From an uncultured Phycisphaerales bacterium (GTDB lineage: Bacteria; Planctomycetota; Phycisphaerae; Tepidisphaerales; Tepidisphaeraceae), in assembly GCA_963755915.1 (NCBI GenBank), contig CAVWLP010000002.1:928001-992000 (forward strand): DNA of 64,000 nt, given 5' to 3'. The translations under genes and the position numbers were made by a program. The notes under the pieces are model-generated. The model saw only the letters and a program-made list of their open reading frames with translations, was not told the origin of the DNA and made no database searches. Positions within the stretch are counted from its first letter, which is position 1; each line of letters begins with the position of its first letter. Below, piece after piece: positions 1 through 11,400 of this stretch.

Positions 1-610
1 TGGCCTGTGTTTCGAGCGCATCGCGGCGGGTGGGAGTTGAGTCGCCGCCCTGAAGCGGGACCCACCAGATCAGATCGTCCATCGGCTGCAGCGCGGAAAG
101 GTGGAAGAAGGGGGAATATCCAACATCATTTGCATAGCGGTTATAGTGGAACCGGGGATCGGACCACCCGGCGACCAGCAGCGAGGCGAGATCCTCGTGG
201 GTGATGGGGAAATAATAGACGTTAAGCTTCATCGCCGACATTTTCTGGAGGCCGGTGAGGAGATCGTTGTCGAAGAAGGCATCGACAACTTTGGGATCGG
301 CAAGGGCGAAATCCCCGGTAATCTGCGTGATAAGATCGGCCCGATGCTGATTGGCCGCGGAGACCAGGTCGGAAGGCATGGTGGTGGGACGCGTCGTGGG
401 CGGAACGGAGGCGAGCGCCGATTTCACCCAGTCCTCGTCAGCGGACAAACAGAAGGCGGCGCGATCGCCGGACGTGACGATGTGATAGCCGGGCGGGACG
501 ACTGCTTTGTGCGCCGCCGGCTGGGTGGACGGATCGGGCGTTGGATTAGCTTGAGCCAGCGCGGCGAGCAGCAGCAGCGGACAACCAAGGATCGCGATCC
601 AGCGGAACAT
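1..610 (-). CDS. Secreted hypothetical protein, 3' end runs off the window
   Basis: Hand-translated from ATG at 610: MFRWIAILGCPLLLLAALAQANPTPDPSTQP...; signal peptide plus STQP linker, open to the window edge; follows serA on the same strand. Confidence 0.7.
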   Translation of the reverse strand, partial: MFRWIAILGCPLLLLAALAQANPTPDPSTQPAAHKAVVPPGYHIVTSGDRAAFCLSADEDWVKSALASVPPTTRPTTMPSDLVSAANQHRADLITQITGDFALADPKVVDAFFDNDLLTGLQKMSAMKLNVYYFPITHEDLASLLVAGWSDPRFHYNRYANDVGYSPFFHLSALQPMDDLIWWVPLQGGDSTPTRRDALETQA

Positions 611-625
611 TCAATCGCCCCCGGA

Positions 626-2252
626 TTACTTTGCCCTCGGAGGCAAAGTGAGACTCTTAATCCTGGTGATGTTGGGCCGGCCCTTAAGGCGGCTGAAGAG
701 CGCCTCGGGCGCCGGGCTGTCGGTTTTGATAACCATGATCGCGGTGGCCTTTCCCGCGGAATCAAATTCGCGGCTGATGACCATGTCGGCGATGTTGACC
801 TTGGCGTCGCCGAAACTGGACCCAACGAGCCCGATGACGCCCGGCTCATCCTGATTGATGAGGATGACCATGTTTCCTTCGGGGATAAGGTCCATGCTGT
901 ACCCGTCGATGCGGAGAACGCGGGGCCAGCCGTCGGCGTAGACCGTTCCGAGGACGCGGTGGGTTTCGCCGTTGGGGCCTTCAGCGCGGATTCCGACGAT
1001 GTCGCCGACCAATCCCGCCGGCGGATTGGGCTCGTGGACGGTGGTGAGCGCGATGCCGCGGGCGCGGGCGAGATGCTCCACGTTGATGACATTCACCCCA
1101 GTGTCGAGGTGGGGGCGAAGCAGCTCGACGGTCGCGACGCGCAGCAGGGTGTTCATGTGCTTGGGGGCACGCGTGCCGCTGGCGCGGAGGGTGATGGTGC
1201 GGTAGCCGCCATCGAAGAGGGAGGCAAGGATCGCGCCAATTCGGCGGGCAAGCTCGACGAAGGGCTTTTCGTCTTCGGGGAGATCGAGCTTCAGGCCGCC
1301 GGCGTTAACGGCGCCGCGGATTTCGCCGGTGTTGAGATAAGCGACGATCGCCTTGCACGCCTCGACGGAGACGGCGGTTTGCGCTTCATCCGTGCTGGCG
1401 CCGAGGTGCGGCGTGAGGACGGCGTTTTCGATTCCAAGAAGCGGATGATCTTTCGCCGGCGGCTCGGTCGCGTAGACGTCGATGGCGGCGCCGGCGATTT
1501 TCTTCGCGGTAAGCGCTTCGGCGAGGGCGATTTCATCGACGACTTCGCCGCGGGCGTCGTTAATGACGAGCAGATTGGGGCGGCACTTGTTCATCAGCCG
1601 CTCGCGATTGAGGAGGTGCTTGGTTTCTCCGCCGCCGGGAACGTGGAAGGTGATCACGTCGATCTGGGAGAGGAATTCGTCGAAGTCGCGAATGAGGCGG
1701 ACTTTTCCTTCGAGGGCCGTGGGGCCGGTGAAGTAGGGGTCGTAGCCCACGACGTTCATTTCCATCGCGAGAGCGCGGGTGGCCACGGTTCGTCCGATGC
1801 GGCCAAGGCCGACAACGCCAAGGGTTTTGCCGGCGAGCTGTGTGCCCTGGTACTGGCTGCGCTTTTTCCAGTCGAGCGCCCCGTCTTCAGGCTGTTATTC
1901 GCCTGCGGGATTTTTCGGGCCAGGGAGAGCAAAAGGGCCAGCGCATGCTCGGCAGTGGAAAGAGTGCTGGCCTCGGCGGTGTTGAGGACGAGGATGCCCT
2001 TGGAAGTGGCGGCTTCAAGGTCGATGTTATCGACGCCGACCCCGGCCCGGGCGATTGCCTTGAGCTTGCCCGGCTTCTCGAGCACGCGGGCGGTGACCTT
2101 CGCACCGAGCGGACGATGAGGGCGTCATATTCCCCAACCGCGGCGGCGAGCTCCTCTTCCTTCAGGCCAACCTTCGCGTCGAAGTCGGCCTTTTGTTGCT
2201 TGAGAAAATCGAGACCTTCCTGGGCAAGTTTATCGGCGACGAGAATACGCAT
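626..2252 (-). CDS. serA: D-3-phosphoglycerate dehydrogenase (two apparent frameshifts near 2100 and 1860)
   Basis: Pieces MRILVAD..YDALIVRS, IARAGVGVDNIDLEAAT..GILVLN, N.ARGEVVDE..AAIDVY..LTPHLGAST.EAQ, and C-terminal ASB/ACT domain (DEPGVIG..NIADM). Confidence 0.93.
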
Positions 2253-2494
2253 GGAAACTACCTCCGAACTTTCTATGGTTAAAGGGCCAAGATGGTAAGG
2301 ACGGGGGGCGGTGGGTTCAAGGGACGGGAAGCAATTGAAGGATGGATTGGCAGCGATCTGACGTTCGCACTAACGGGGCGCAACTATCGGAGCTTGGGAG
2401 TCTTAGGGGAATTCCTTTGAGGTATCGGGGGCGTGGGGGGAGCGACCCTATGCCGCGGATCCGGTTCATGAGAATGAACCTACCGAGTTTACGC

Positions 2495-3070
2495 TCACTT
2501 CCCACCCCCTTTCAGCGCCGCAAGCTCCCCTCGCAGTGATTCGATCGAATCAAGGATTTCGTGATGCCGCTTGTCCTCGCTCGTTGGCGTCTTCTGAACG
2601 AACGTAATCGTCCCCGTCGGTTCAAGCACGGCGCTCTCGACCTCGGCGAGTGAATCAATTCCCTGCCGATGTGCCGCGGCCACCAATTCGGCGCGAGTAA
2701 TGAACTGTTTATTGAGGTCCCGCCGGTTAACGCGGCCCTGGCGGATCAGATAGTCGCGCTTCCCTTCAACCAGCGTATCGAGCTTTGGAAACCGGAACAA
2801 AATGCGAACGACCAGGTAGTTGATGGCCAGCAACGTCCCCGCGCCGATCATTCCGCCGGTAACGCTGTTGTCATCTCCGATGATCGCGTTTTGCACCGTG
2901 TTCGAGAGGGTCAGAAGCACGATCAGATCAAAAGGATTCAACTGCGCCAGCTCGCGCTTGCCGGAGAGGCGAATTCCGACGATCAGGAAGATATAGACGA
3001 GGATTGGCCGCAGAATCTTCTCCAGCAGAGGGAGCTGGAGGGTGAACATGTTAACGAGTGTTTCGTGCAT
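2495..3070 (-). CDS. DUF421/YetF-family membrane protein
   Basis: GKRELAQLNPFDLIVLLTLSNTVQNA and AVLEPTGTITF motifs; three TM segments. Confidence 0.85.
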   Translation of the reverse strand: MHETLVNMFTLQLPLLEKILRPILVYIFLIVGIRLSGKRELAQLNPFDLIVLLTLSNTVQNAIIGDDNSVTGGMIGAGTLLAINYLVVRILFRFPKLDTLVEGKRDYLIRQGRVNRRDLNKQFITRAELVAAAHRQGIDSLAEVESAVLEPTGTITFVQKTPTSEDKRHHEILDSIESLRGELAALKGGGK

Positions 3071-3207
3071 GGTGAGTTCCTTATTTCAATCCCATCGGCA
3101 GCGACGGCCGCTGATTTGCAATGGAGCATTTTCACGCCTGCCGGGGTGATTGACAATCCGGCGGGTATCCCCCTTTCTTCCCACTGATTAACCCTCTCGC
3201 GCAGCGT

Positions 3208-3455
3208 GTGCCGCCGGTGTCCCCACCGGCGGAATCCTCGCTTAGCGCCGACCCAGCCGCAAGGGATAAGAAGAGGCCGAATTTGGCGTGAGACGGAATG
3301 GGACGAAATGGGACGGTTTTGCAGATATCTATTAGTGTATACTAACTAGCAGAATAATGTAGATTTTGGCGTACCGCACAAATATGAGGGGAAGAGGCGC
3401 GGTGCCGCCGGACTTCGGCGAGCTCAGTCGAGCCGTGTCCTCACCGGCGGAATCC
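3208..3455. repeat. Two copies of a REP-like hairpin GTGCCGCCGGTGTCC(C/T)CACCGGCGGAATCC; the second is interrupted by a 24-nt insert (3411-3434)
   Basis: Direct comparison of 3208-3237 with 3402-3455; a third partial copy matches 25/25 nt at 56563-56587. Confidence 0.85.
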
Positions 3456-3765
3456 GGCGGAGATTAAGTTCTCCGCCCCATTTCAGTCATTCCCGTGCCA
3501 GAACCTGAGCGCGCTCTGGCAGCCGGTGGCGTTGTAACGGGCGCAGAGGTTTTTGATCGATTCGCCATCGTCGGTCCGAGCGTTTGCATTGGCGCCGTGG
3601 TGGAGGAGGAAGACCATCAGCTCCGTATCGCGGTTGGACACGGCGTAGGTGTCATGGGGCGCACAAACCGGCCAATTGAGGGCGCGCCAAAACCGGCCAT
3701 TTTGAGGCACAGGAGATTGGGTTATCGACCTTGGCTTTCGGCGGTTGCCGCAAGCCAATGGTGGG

Positions 3766-5495
3766 ATGGCCAATCAACTCAAGATGGCGGAAGTACAAGC
3801 AATTTTGGCACTTGCGCAGCGGCTGGTCCAATCGGAACATCGCCCGCCAACTCGGCGTTCACCGGGAGACCGTTGGACGCCACATCCGGTTGTCGGGCGG
3901 CGATCCTGCGGCGCCCGGATCGGATTCAAAACCGGCCAGCGCGCCCCTCGGCTCGACGGTGCTCGCCGCAGGCGGCTCGACGGTGCTCGCCGCAGGCGGC
4001 TCGACGGTGCTCGCCGCAGGCGGCTCGACGGTGCTCGCCGCAGGCGGCTCGACGGTGCTCGCCGCAGGCGGCTCGGAGAGCGCGCCCACCGGGTTATCCG
4101 GCGCGCCCATCGGGTCGGTCAGTACGGCATCGCCCTGGCGTGAGGTCATTGTTCAGAAGTTGGAAGCCGGGCTGACGGCCCAGCGGATTTATCAAGACAT
4201 CTCCAGCGATCACGGCTATGCCGGCAGCTATTACAGCGTGCGCCGGTTCATCAAGAAGCTCTCGGCTGCCGCGCCGGCGCCCTTTCGCCGGATGGAATGC
4301 GAGCCGGGAGCCGAGGCGCAGGTGGACTTCGGCCGGGGTGCGCCCTGGTCGGTCCTGACGGCAAACGCAAAGCAACCTGGGTCTTCCGCATTGTGCTGAG
4401 CCACAGCCGCAAGGGGTACGCCGAGGCGGTGGAGCGGCAGACGACCGATGATTTTCTGCGTTGTCTGGAAAATGCCTTTACGCACTTCGGCGGGATGCCG
4501 TCAGCGCTGGTGATCGACAATCTTCGCGCGGCGGTGACGCGGGCGGACTGGTTCGAGGCGGAGTTGTGTCCCAAGGTCCGGTCGTTCGCCGAACATTATG
4601 GAATCGCCATTCTGCCCACCAAGCCGTACACGCCGCGGCACAAGGGGAAGATCGAGCGGGGCATCGGCTATGTGAAGAGCAATGCTCTCAAAGGCCGGCA
4701 ATTCGCCTCGCTCTCGGATCAGAACGCGCATCTGCTGACGTGGGAGAAGAGCGTGGCCGACACGCGCATCCACGGCACGACGCGGCGGCAGGTGAAGGAA
4801 GTCTTCGAGCAGGTAGAGAAGCCGGCACTGTTGGCTCTGCCGCCGGTGCGATTCGATCTTTTCACCGAGGCGTTGCGCAGTGTTCACCGCGACGGGCACG
4901 TGGAGATCAAGGGGGCGTACTATTCGGTCCCGCCGGAGTTTTTGGGCCAGCGGGTCTGGGCGCGGTGGGACGGCGCACGGTCCGGCTGTTCGATCAGAAG
5001 ATGCGTGCGATCGCTCTGCACGCGCAGCGTCCGCCGGGCAGGTTCTCGACGCAAGACGCCCATATCCTGCCGGAGAAGATCAGCGGCATCGAGCGTGGAA
5101 CGACCTGGCTTCTCCAGCGGATCGAATGCATCGGGCCGCACGCCACGCAGTGGGCGCAGTCAATGCTTCAGCATCGCGGCATCGAAGGCGTGCGCGTGTT
5201 GATGGGGCTGCTGTCGCTGGCCAATCAGCAGCCGCGACCGGCCGTGGAACGAGCCTGCGAGATTGCTCTGGGGCATGGCGCGTATCACCTGCGCTCCCTG
5301 CGGCAGCTCATCGAACACCAAAACGGTGCGCCGGTTCAACAACACTTCGAGTTTGTTCAGGAACATCCAATCATCCGCGGACTGGCCGATTACGGACAGT
5401 TCGTACGCGACGCAATCACCCAAGCGGAGGCTTTGCCTGCCGCACAACCTTTACAGGCCTGCCCTGAGCAGAGCCGAAGGGAGTCCACCCCATGA
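3766..5495 (+). CDS. istA: IS21 DDE transposase IstA (apparent frameshifts near 3825, 4345 and 4975)
   Basis: MANQLKMA..WSNRNIARQLGVHRETV HTH; EAQVDFG; LVIDNL; PRHKGKIE; DGHV....YYSVP. Confidence 0.9.
3950..4075 (+). repeat. Perfect 24-bp tandem repeat x5 (GGCTCGACGGTGCTCGCCGCAGGC, encoding GSTVLAAG) within the istA linker
   Basis: Units at 3950, 3974, 3998, 4022 and 4046 plus a partial GGCTCG. Confidence 0.95.
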
Positions 5496-6382
5496 GACCT
5501 TCGTTGATGCAGACGCTCAAGCAACTTCGGCTTTCAGGTCTGGCGAGCAGCCTTGAAGTTCGCCTGAGCGAGGCGGCCGGCAATCGGCTCGACCACAGTG
5601 AGTTTTTGGAACTGATCCTTCAGGATGAACTGAACGTCCGATCCAGCCGGCAGATCGGCCGGCGCGTCAAGGCGGCGATGTTCCGCGACACCAAAAACCT
5701 CGACGAGTTCGACTTCTCCTTCAACACCTCCATCAAACGCAAACAGATTCACGATCTGGCCGCCGGCCAGTTCATTCGTGACAAACGTGACGTGCTCTTG
5801 CTGGGTCCGCCCGGCGTGGGCAAATCGTTTTTGGCCCAGGCCATCGGACACCAGGCGATCAAGAGCGGCTTGGTGGTCCTGTACCGATCCATCTTCGACC
5901 TGGCCCGCGACTTTTTAGGCGACGAGGATCTGGGAGCCCAGGACAAGACGCTGGCCCGGTATCTCAAGCCTGATCTGCTTATCATCGACGACATGGGAAT
6001 GAAGCAGCTTCCGCGGCGCAGCGGCGAATGCCTGCTGGAGATCGTCATGCGCCGGCACGAGAACCGCTCGACGATGATGACCAGCAACCGTCCACTGGAG
6101 GACTGGGCCAAGCTGATCGGCGACGTGCCGGCGGCCACGGCCATTCTGGATCGGTTCCTGCAGCACGCCACGATCATCAACATCACCGGCAAGAGCTACC
6201 GCCTTCGGCATGGGGGCCATTCGACTTCGCTCACGGCAGGCCAATCCGGGACACCGGAAAAGACAAATCCAAAAGGACGGCGGAGTACCGCCGGCGATGA
6301 AGGGTGCTCCCCCCCGGAAGACACCGTGACAGAGCCGCCGTTGTCTTCTGATGTGGGGGTATCCGCCGGCCAGACGGCGTGA
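5492..6382 (+). CDS. istB: IS21 AAA+ helper ATPase IstB
   Basis: LDEFDFSF, GPPGVGKS (Walker A), LLIIDD (Walker B), TSNRP, AILDR, GKSYR; ATGA overlap with istA. Confidence 0.95.
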   Translation: MRPSLMQTLKQLRLSGLASSLEVRLSEAAGNRLDHSEFLELILQDELNVRSSRQIGRRVKAAMFRDTKNLDEFDFSFNTSIKRKQIHDLAAGQFIRDKRDVLLLGPPGVGKSFLAQAIGHQAIKSGLVVLYRSIFDLARDFLGDEDLGAQDKTLARYLKPDLLIIDDMGMKQLPRRSGECLLEIVMRRHENRSTMMTSNRPLEDWAKLIGDVPAATAILDRFLQHATIINITGKSYRLRHGGHSTSLTAGQSGTPEKTNPKGRRSTAGDEGCSPPEDTVTEPPLSSDVGVSAGQTA

Positions 6383-7132
6383 ACGGGGACCAATAACTCA
6401 AGGAACAGTTGCGTCGGATAGAACGGATGCGGTATAGAATACGTCAGCACATTGGCCGGTTTTGAAGCGCCCCGCCCTGGCTGGTTTTGGTGCGCCCCGT
6501 GACAATGGGCAAGCGGCGTCCATCCCGCATTATCACGCGCGTTAACATTTGCGCCGCGGAATACCAGGTAAGCGGCAACGTGAACCTGGTCGTAAGACGC
6601 CGCAACAAGCAGCGGCGTCATCCTGGCATTGTCCAGCGCTTCGATCTCCGCTCCGTGATCGACCAGCACCTGTGCCGCACTCAGCTGGCCCGAATAGGCG
6701 GCCCAGTGCAGGGCGGTATAACCATTGCTGTCCTGGCTGTTGACGTCATACCCGGCCTTAATTTTCTGCAGAATCGTGCTGGTATCAGCCTCGCTTACAG
6801 CTTGCTGGGGTGGGATTGGTTGATCGGCGCAGCCGCAGAGCCCCAGGGTGACAAGTAGAAGGCAACCTAAATGCCAATAATTGTGGACTTTTCTCGCATC
6901 CATGATTGACTGTATTTCGGCATATTTGGGCCGCGAAAAAACAATGGGAGGAGAAATAAAGGGGGATATGAAGCGGCCACTTCTGGTCAGTTCCCAATTT
7001 TACGGGGCTGTTCTTATCTACTGTTCCGCTTTCTACTGCTCCACTTTCTCGCGAAGCGGCCCCTCCCCGTGTAGCCGCCCCGCGAGCGGGGCGAGTCGCC
7101 TAACTTCCAACATGCTATTCGCGCGCCTGTTC

Positions 7133-7633
7133 CTACGAATCTGATCGCAGCCCTACCGGAAACCCCCGCCAGCGGGAATCACGGCGGCGCTTCAAAACTC
7201 CCCAAAGCTGGATCGCAGGGATAATTGCGGCTGGAATCCAGATCGCGTGATACATCACCCACCAACGTCGTTCTTCAATTCGAGTGCCACGCACAAACTG
7301 GTCCATCCCAAACTGATTGGCAATTCTAAGGTGATAGTAATAACCGCCGACCAGATACCTCCAAATGCCTTTTCCTGGCAGTACACCGCCACTGGGTTGG
7401 CCCAATTCCAGTTGCCACCTCCAAGACGCCATTCCCTCCCAATCGGGGAAATTACTTGTCAGAACTCCCCACTCTATGTGCCCGCGGTATGAATCCAAAC
7501 CCTCCATACGCCCGGGCACCGATTTCCCGAAACCATCTGACGCAAAATAACTGCGCAGCCAGAATCCCGAGATCAGAAGACAGAGGCCCCATGAAAAGTA
7601 AACTGCGAACTTCACCGGAAGCCCTTCTCGCAC
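7133..7633 (-). CDS. Hypothetical two-TM membrane protein
   Basis: N-terminal TM then WLRSY; C-terminal TM then RRR..RGFPV tail; lower GC than core genes. Confidence 0.6.
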   Translation of the reverse strand: MREGLPVKFAVYFSWGLCLLISGFWLRSYFASDGFGKSVPGRMEGLDSYRGHIEWGVLTSNFPDWEGMASWRWQLELGQPSGGVLPGKGIWRYLVGGYYYHLRIANQFGMDQFVRGTRIEERRWWVMYHAIWIPAAIIPAIQLWGVLKRRRDSRWRGFPVGLRSDS

Positions 7634-7698
7634 CAGAGTTTTCCTGCGTCAGGTGCGGCTCCAACTGAAGGGGACACGACCGTCCTGAGTTCAGAAAT

Positions 7699-8462
7699 TT
7701 AACGCGCTGCTTTTAGGTCTCTGCTCACCGTCGTTCCGCATTCCGGACAGAGATCCGGTGTCGCCCGCATGTCATAGCCGCAGGCAGGACAAAGCCCGTG
7801 CCGAATCCGGTGACGCCTGGTTATCTCCACCGAATATCTCCGAATCGACGCTGCGAGCCAGACGATCGGCGCTACCGCAAAAATTTGGCTTAGCGTTTGG
7901 AGGTAGCACACCTCTATCGTTTCGGTTCGCAACGGCCGCGAAAAGTCGCGAGGTTCCATCAAATACCCTGGCGCTTCTGAGCTGAGATACCGAACCTTAG
8001 GATACGGCCCATCAGCGTCAGCAACGTAGCCCCGGCCGTCCGCCCGAAGGGCGTACTCTGCGTATGCGGTCGCAATTGTGATCCCGTAGACTGGGTGCCT
8101 GGTAGACGAAGTAGGATAGCCGCGCCCGGTCCTAATATAGGCGAGGGGGCCTGGCGCCTTCGAACTCCTGGTGTTCCACCACCTCAACGGCTGAGGGCCT
8201 GGCCAACCATGGGTAACACTCGCGAGAATCTCAGCGCGATGTAACCGTCAATTGCCATAAGCAATCCGCCGGTCGTGAAAAAGCGAGCCCTCTCATACCG
8301 CCGCCGACCATCCCGCGCGACGATTGTCATCGCGCATAAAACAAACGATAGCGCAGCTACGAACGTGCAACCTTTCTGTGCAGCTCGTCGCCACCTTGGA
8401 TGGTAGTGAAGCATCAGAGTCGGCCCACGAATTCTATGCTCGCCTTCCGTCGTCAAGCCCAT
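7699..8462 (-). CDS. Two-TM membrane protein with C-terminal zinc ribbon (apparent frameshift near 8185; start may be 8414)
   Basis: Ends [21 protein letters not shown]; the N-terminal TM lies in the adjacent 8184-8462 ORF. Confidence 0.65.
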
Positions 8463-8483
8463 TAAAACTGCTTTCAGTTATCT

Positions 8484-11400
8484 TTATGTGCCACTGCCAG
8501 CGATATATGTTAATTGCCACGGCGCGCTTTGGTAATTCGTTGCATAAACCGGCTCACCCGTGGGAGCGGCCCATCCGATTGGGGCTGTGATCGTCGGCGC
8601 AGCGCCGACGAATCCCCAACCGCCGGTTGGACCCGCACCATCTTTCGCATCAAACGACGCACTCCACTGAAGGACCCCTAGAGGGATCCATTGACTGTTT
8701 GCCCCGACAGGCTGGTACATGATATATAGCGAGTAAAGGTCATTTCTAACTATTTCGTTGGCCGACAAGGTTGTTCCCGGTATCGGCAATGCGTACGACG
8801 AGGAGCCATTGTCGGTCCAATCATAAATCGATGCACCCGTCGACAGCATGGCGTTCGCTACCGGAGCGAGGGCGGCGTCATCCCAGATCGGACTAGTCGG
8901 CGGCGGATTATAAGGGAAACTACCGCTGGGGCTGTCCAAGACCCATTGCCCGTTAACTGATGATGCCCAGGTCTGGTAGGGATTAAACCCATCAGACCAA
9001 TGATCCTCTTCGTCATTTGCCTTCACCATCTGCAGGTAGCTCCAGTTCCCAGCCTGCGCAAATACTGACGGCTGTTGCACGGAAACACTCTGAAAAATAT
9101 CTGAAATAAATGTTGCATGAGGAGTCACATCAACCGCATCAATTTGCGATGTGGGGACGTCGACTTGGAATGCTCCAAAATAGGGCGCGGCGCTCACAAT
9201 CGACGCGGTAGGGCTGTAAACCTTAAATGTCGTCGACTGTGAAGCGACTGTGCCGTTGCCAAGTGTAACGCGTATGCCTATCTGCTGGTTGGTGGCACTT
9301 CCAAAATCCCCTCCCGTTGTAAGCCAAAAAAATTGAATGCTCTGGTCCTGTGTACCGGTATTGTTGGTCGCGAAATTGGCCTGCAACGGCACGTTCGACG
9401 CTGTGCTGCCAGATTGGTTCCATTCCATTAGGGTATTCCCCGGCACGCTCCAATTGTATTTGAGATTATTGAGCCAAGCCGCCGGACCCTGTACCTGCGC
9501 TTGTAGCTCCACCATCTGCCCCACCATCCAATTATTCGTCTGTCCCGCGATATCGTTCCCTTGAATTCCTGCATTATTTGGATCGTTTTCGGCGATGATC
9601 TGCACCTTCACCGCAGTCGCAGGCTGCGTGCTAGCCTGCGTCACTGGCGTCGATGATCCAGGTGCCATGATGGCGAGCGTGAAGACGATATCCCCCAAAC
9701 TCGCGCTCCCCTGCGTCGCACCAACCCAAAGCGTGCTGGGAATCGTATCCGTGCCAACAGTCCAGGTGACGCTGCTCGTCTGCCCGCTCCCGCCCAGTAG
9801 CGGCGTGTCCACGCTCTGTGGGTCGTCGCTGTTCCAGACATCGACCTCATTAGGTGCCGACGTGGAAAGGGTGATCTGAGTACCATCCGGAAGAGTCCCG
9901 GAGCCATCAACCGGGCCTCCTGGAACTACGAGATTCAGAGGAACCATGTCCATGGTCCCACTACTACTACCCTGCAAAACCTGATCTTCGGTATCGTTAC
10001 CCAATGTGATACTCAGCAATTCGGGAGCCCATGTCAGGTTGTCGATAAACGGGACCGGCGTACTGGTATCGGCTCTGATCTCTGTAATGTCCGGATATTG
10101 CGAAAGATCGACTTGCTCCCCCGGGACCACACTCAACTCTGTCGAAAATTCCCCGCCCTGATAGATCTCTATTTCCCCACTTACACTTGAGATCGTATCA
10201 ACCTCGAAACTCATATCGTATGCCGGCGGCGAAAAGTATAAATTTTGGTTGCTGCCAATTCGAGCGACAGTATTCGGGGTGTAATTTCCTTCGGCTACGA
10301 ACGTCGCAACACCTACAAGGTTACCGCCCCACGCGTAGACATTTTCAATTCCCGGTCCATCGGGATCGGAAAGCTCACCGGACGTGATCGTATTTGGCAA
10401 GGCAGTGGTCCAAGTAAATGTCGGCTGTGATAACATTGGATCACCAAACTGATCGTTTTGGACCGCGGAATATTGTAAGAATCCACCAACCGCAATCGTT
10501 GCCAACTCGGGGGAAACCGAAACACTCGTCGCCACCTGATTAACGTCCACGCTCACGTCGCTCCCCACCGACAACCCCGTGTCACCATCCGTCGCCGTAC
10601 ACCGGAAATCATAATTCCCCGCCGCCGACAGAATCACATCCGTCGTCTGCTCGCTATTGGTGAATTCCGGCGCTGGCCCGCCGGGGCCGGAGATCAATTG
10701 CCATGAATAATCGATCGGATCATTCCCCGAAACCGCCGTCATCGTCAGGCTCAGCGTCGTATTCGTCGGCTGGGAAGAGGTCGCCGCTTGCGTGATCGCG
10801 GGCGCCGTCGGCCCTTCCGTGCCGCCGTTCCCATCCGAGGGATCCGTCGCCGCCGAGGTAAATCCGACGGCCGGCATCCCCGTCCCCGCCGGCAGAAGCT
10901 CGAAATAATACGCCGTCGACGGCGAAAGATTGGAGGCGACAAAATCGGTGACGCCGGCGGAGAGGTTTTCGGTCGTCACATTCGTCTGAAAATTCGGATC
11001 GGTGCTGATCAGCAGCGTTTCGCCGCTATTCAGGATCGGTAGCGCCGGCCACAGGACCTGGATGTCGTAGGCGTCCAGCGGCGTCGCCGTCAGGGCGGCG
11101 GGAGAGACGACCGCGGTCGACTCCACCTCCGTCGTCGAATTGGAACTGCTGTCGGTGATCGTCGTCGTCACCTGGTACGTCCCCGTCTGACCGTAAACGT
11201 GATTGGCCAGCACGTGAAATGTGCCGTTTCCGTCGCTGACAATAGCCCCCGTAGTCGGCGTGGAAGAATCCCCCCAGTCGATTGATGCCGTCAGATCGCT
11301 CAACGGCGTATTTGCCGCATCCGTAAACGTCGCCACATACTGCGGCGGAACGGTGTAACTGCCCGCGGGCCAGACGACCGAGCCCAGCCCGAAGTTGGCC

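Larger units (their letters stand above)
3650..6504 (+). mobile_element. IS21-family insertion sequence (istA-istB)
   Basis: Terminal IRs TGTCATGGGGCGCAC (3650) and GTGCGCCCCGTGACA (ends 6504); subterminal AAACCGGCCA repeats at 3665, 3690 and inverted at 6453, 6478. Confidence 0.95.
3483..6903 (-). pseudogene. Ankyrin-repeat lipoprotein interrupted by an IS21 element (5' part 6505-6903, 3' part 3483-3649)
   Basis: Lipobox-like LGLCGC; ANK repeats GYTALHWAA, MTPLLVAA, GWTPLA|YAVSNRDTELMVFLLHHGANANA resuming on the other side of the IS. Confidence 0.85.

Noticed and set aside
101-2119. Long antisense ORFs (101-2119, 19975-21678, 37209-38645, 61322-63481 and others)
   Set aside because: Shadow frames opposite well-supported genes in high-GC DNA, with no motifs
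3950-4075. CRISPR array
   Set aside because: The 24-bp units are contiguous with no spacers, lie inside istA, and no cas genes are present
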